Origin: Octopus bimaculoides
Taxonomy: Eukaryota
Reading direction: 5' to 3'
DNA length: 34,047 bases
Assembly: GCF_001194135.2 (NCBI RefSeq)
Contig: NC_068990.1
Span: forward strand, 72,426,191-72,460,237
Shown here: piece by piece, positions 32,361 to 34,047 of the stretch
Layout: every line of letters begins with the position of its first letter
Numbering within the stretch: the stretch's first letter is position 1
Notes under the pieces: model-generated
Databases searched by the model: none
Told to the model about the DNA's origin: nothing
The model's input: the letters and a program-made list of their open reading frames with translations, nothing else
Made by a program: the position numbers and the translations under genes

Positions 32361-32937
32361 TATATNNNNNNNNNNNNNNNNNNNNNNNNNNNNNNNNNNN
32401 NNNNNNNNNNNNNNNNNNNNNNNNNNNNNNNNNNNNNNNNNNNNNNNNNNNNNNNNNNNNNNNNNNNNNNNNNNNNNNNNNNNNNNNNNNNNNNNNNNNN
32501 NNNNNNNNNNNNNNNNNNNNNNNNNNNNNNNNNNNNNNNNNNNNNNNNNNNNNNNNNNNNNNNNNNNNNNNNNNNNNNNNNNNNNNNNNNNNNNNNNNNN
32601 NNNNNNNNNNNNNNNNNNNNNNNNNNNNNNNNNNNNNNNNNNNNNNNNNNNNNNNNNNNNNNNNNNNNNNNNNNNNNNNNNNNNNNNNNNNNNNNNNNNN
32701 NNNNNNNNNNNNNNNNNNNNNNNNNNNNNNNNNNNNNNNNNNNNNNNNNNNNNNNNNNNNNNNNNNNNNNNNNNNNNNNNNNNNNNNNNNNNNNNNNNNN
32801 NNNNNNNNNNNNNNNNNNNNNNNNNNNNNNNNNNNNNNNNNNNNNNNNNNNNNNNNNNNNNNNNNNNNNNNNNNNNNNNNNNNNNNTATATATATATATA
32901 TACATACATATGTGCATATATATATATATATATATAT

Positions 32938-33262
32938 CATCATCATCATCATCGTCGTTTAATGTCTGCTTTCCATGCTAGCATGGGTTGGATGATTTGA
33001 CTGAGGAGTGGTGGACCAGTTGGCTACACCAGGCTCCAATCTGATTTGGTAGTTTCTACAGCTGGATGCCCTTCCTAACACCTGAGAGTGTAGTGGATGC
33101 TTTTATTTGCCATTGGCACGAAGGCCAGTCAGGCGGTACTGGCAATGGCCACACTCGAAATGGTGTATTTTACATGACACCTGCACAGGAACCAGTCCAT
33201 CGGCACTTGCAACGATCTCACTATGTCTTTTCACATTCCACTGGCACAAGGGCCAGGAAGGC
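32938..33262 (-). mobile_element. RTE-tailed retroposon, same family as 11464-11772
   Basis: (CAT)n-CGTTTAATGTCTGCTTTCCATGCTAGCATGGGTTGG...GCCAGTCAGGCGGTACTGGC...CTCGAAATGGTG...AACGATCTCACT. Confidence 0.85.
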
Positions 33263-33276
33263 GACATATATATATT

Positions 33277-33315
<39 letters not shown>

Positions 33316-33753
33316 TAATGGCAAGTGAGTAAGTACACACCTTTAGCCACATGCTAAATGAAGACGCCAAATGGCTCTAGACTACCTTAATTATATCACA
33401 ATAAACACACACCAAAATCAGGGGAATAAATGAAAAAGATTCATGTTAAGGTTCAATTACGTATCAATTGATTTCAAGATTATATGGAAATTCCCATTTT
33501 CCCTCATCTGTGTAATATAACCCAATGCATATAAATACGAATAATTATACATTCCACAGGAACACAATGAATTCACAGTGCAAATACAACTGTTCTTGCT
33601 TATAAAAAAAATAAAATTCAAAAATCTAGTTCATTTATCTCAGCCATATGTGAATAATCAAATAATTCAGCAGTGAATAATTTTGGTTTAGGTGAAATTA
33701 TATATATCTTTAATATATTTTAAAATTTAGGATAAAATCTATATATAGACGAA

Positions 33754-34047
33754 GGAGTGGCTGTGTGGTAAGTAGCTTGCTTACCAACCACATGGTCCCG
33801 GGTTCAGTCCCACTGCGTGGCATCTTGGGCAAGTGTCTTCTACTATAGCCTCGGGCCGACCAAAGCCTTGTGAGTGGATTTGGTAGACGGAAACTGAAAG
33901 AAGCCCGTCGTATATATGTATATATATATATATATGTGTGTATGTGTTTGTGTGTCTGTCCCCCAACATCGCTTGACAACCGATGCTGGTATGTTTATGT
34001 CCCCGTAACTTAGCGGTTCGGCAATAGAGACCGATAGAATAAGTACT
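33754..34047 (+). mobile_element. Young tRNA-derived SINE (octopus OK/OR-like), runs off the window
   Basis: Intact head, GGTTCAGTCCC B-box, CORE-like CTTGGGCAAGTGTCTT, internal TA/TG tract; CpGs retained. Confidence 0.92.

Noticed and set aside
63-33969. Long ORFs in the supplied track (e.g. 4305..4850, 14133..14762, 20820..21851, 30627..31451, 32165..32981)
   Set aside because: They are translations of microsatellites or N gaps, open in several overlapping frames with no domain content.

Overview
AT-rich eukaryotic non-coding DNA from a draft assembly with nine N-gaps, most flanked by (TA)n. The repeat families (tRNA-derived SINEs with a CORE-like CCTTGGGCAAG motif, RTE-tailed elements ending in (GAT)n, very dense microsatellites) look from memory like an octopus genome; this is not verified by a search. 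I find no intact protein-coding gene: the long ORFs in the track are microsatellite or N read-throughs. The window is a transposon graveyard: three decayed mariner copies (one with both TIRs), a maT/DD37D-like fragment, a Tigger/pogo-like element, piggyBac-type and palindromic MITEs, fragments of RTE, Tx1/L1-like, R4/Dong-like and Penelope-like (PLE) retroelements, and many SINEs. The main signal not explained by these is a set of minimal type I hammerhead-ribozyme folds: 11117-11162 (helices intact, two core changes), 13543-13601 (decayed largely by CpG-type transitions), 26123-26147 (half visible, cut by a gap) and a weak one near 6861. They lie in short cassettes in or beside (TA)n-rich arrays, near a PLE endonuclease-linker relic and a 267-bp near-perfect palindrome. 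This suggests a (TA)n-associated, PLE-derived, ribozyme-bearing family of non-autonomous elements (inference). Also notable: RTE-derived minisatellites and a fold-back templated-insertion scar.
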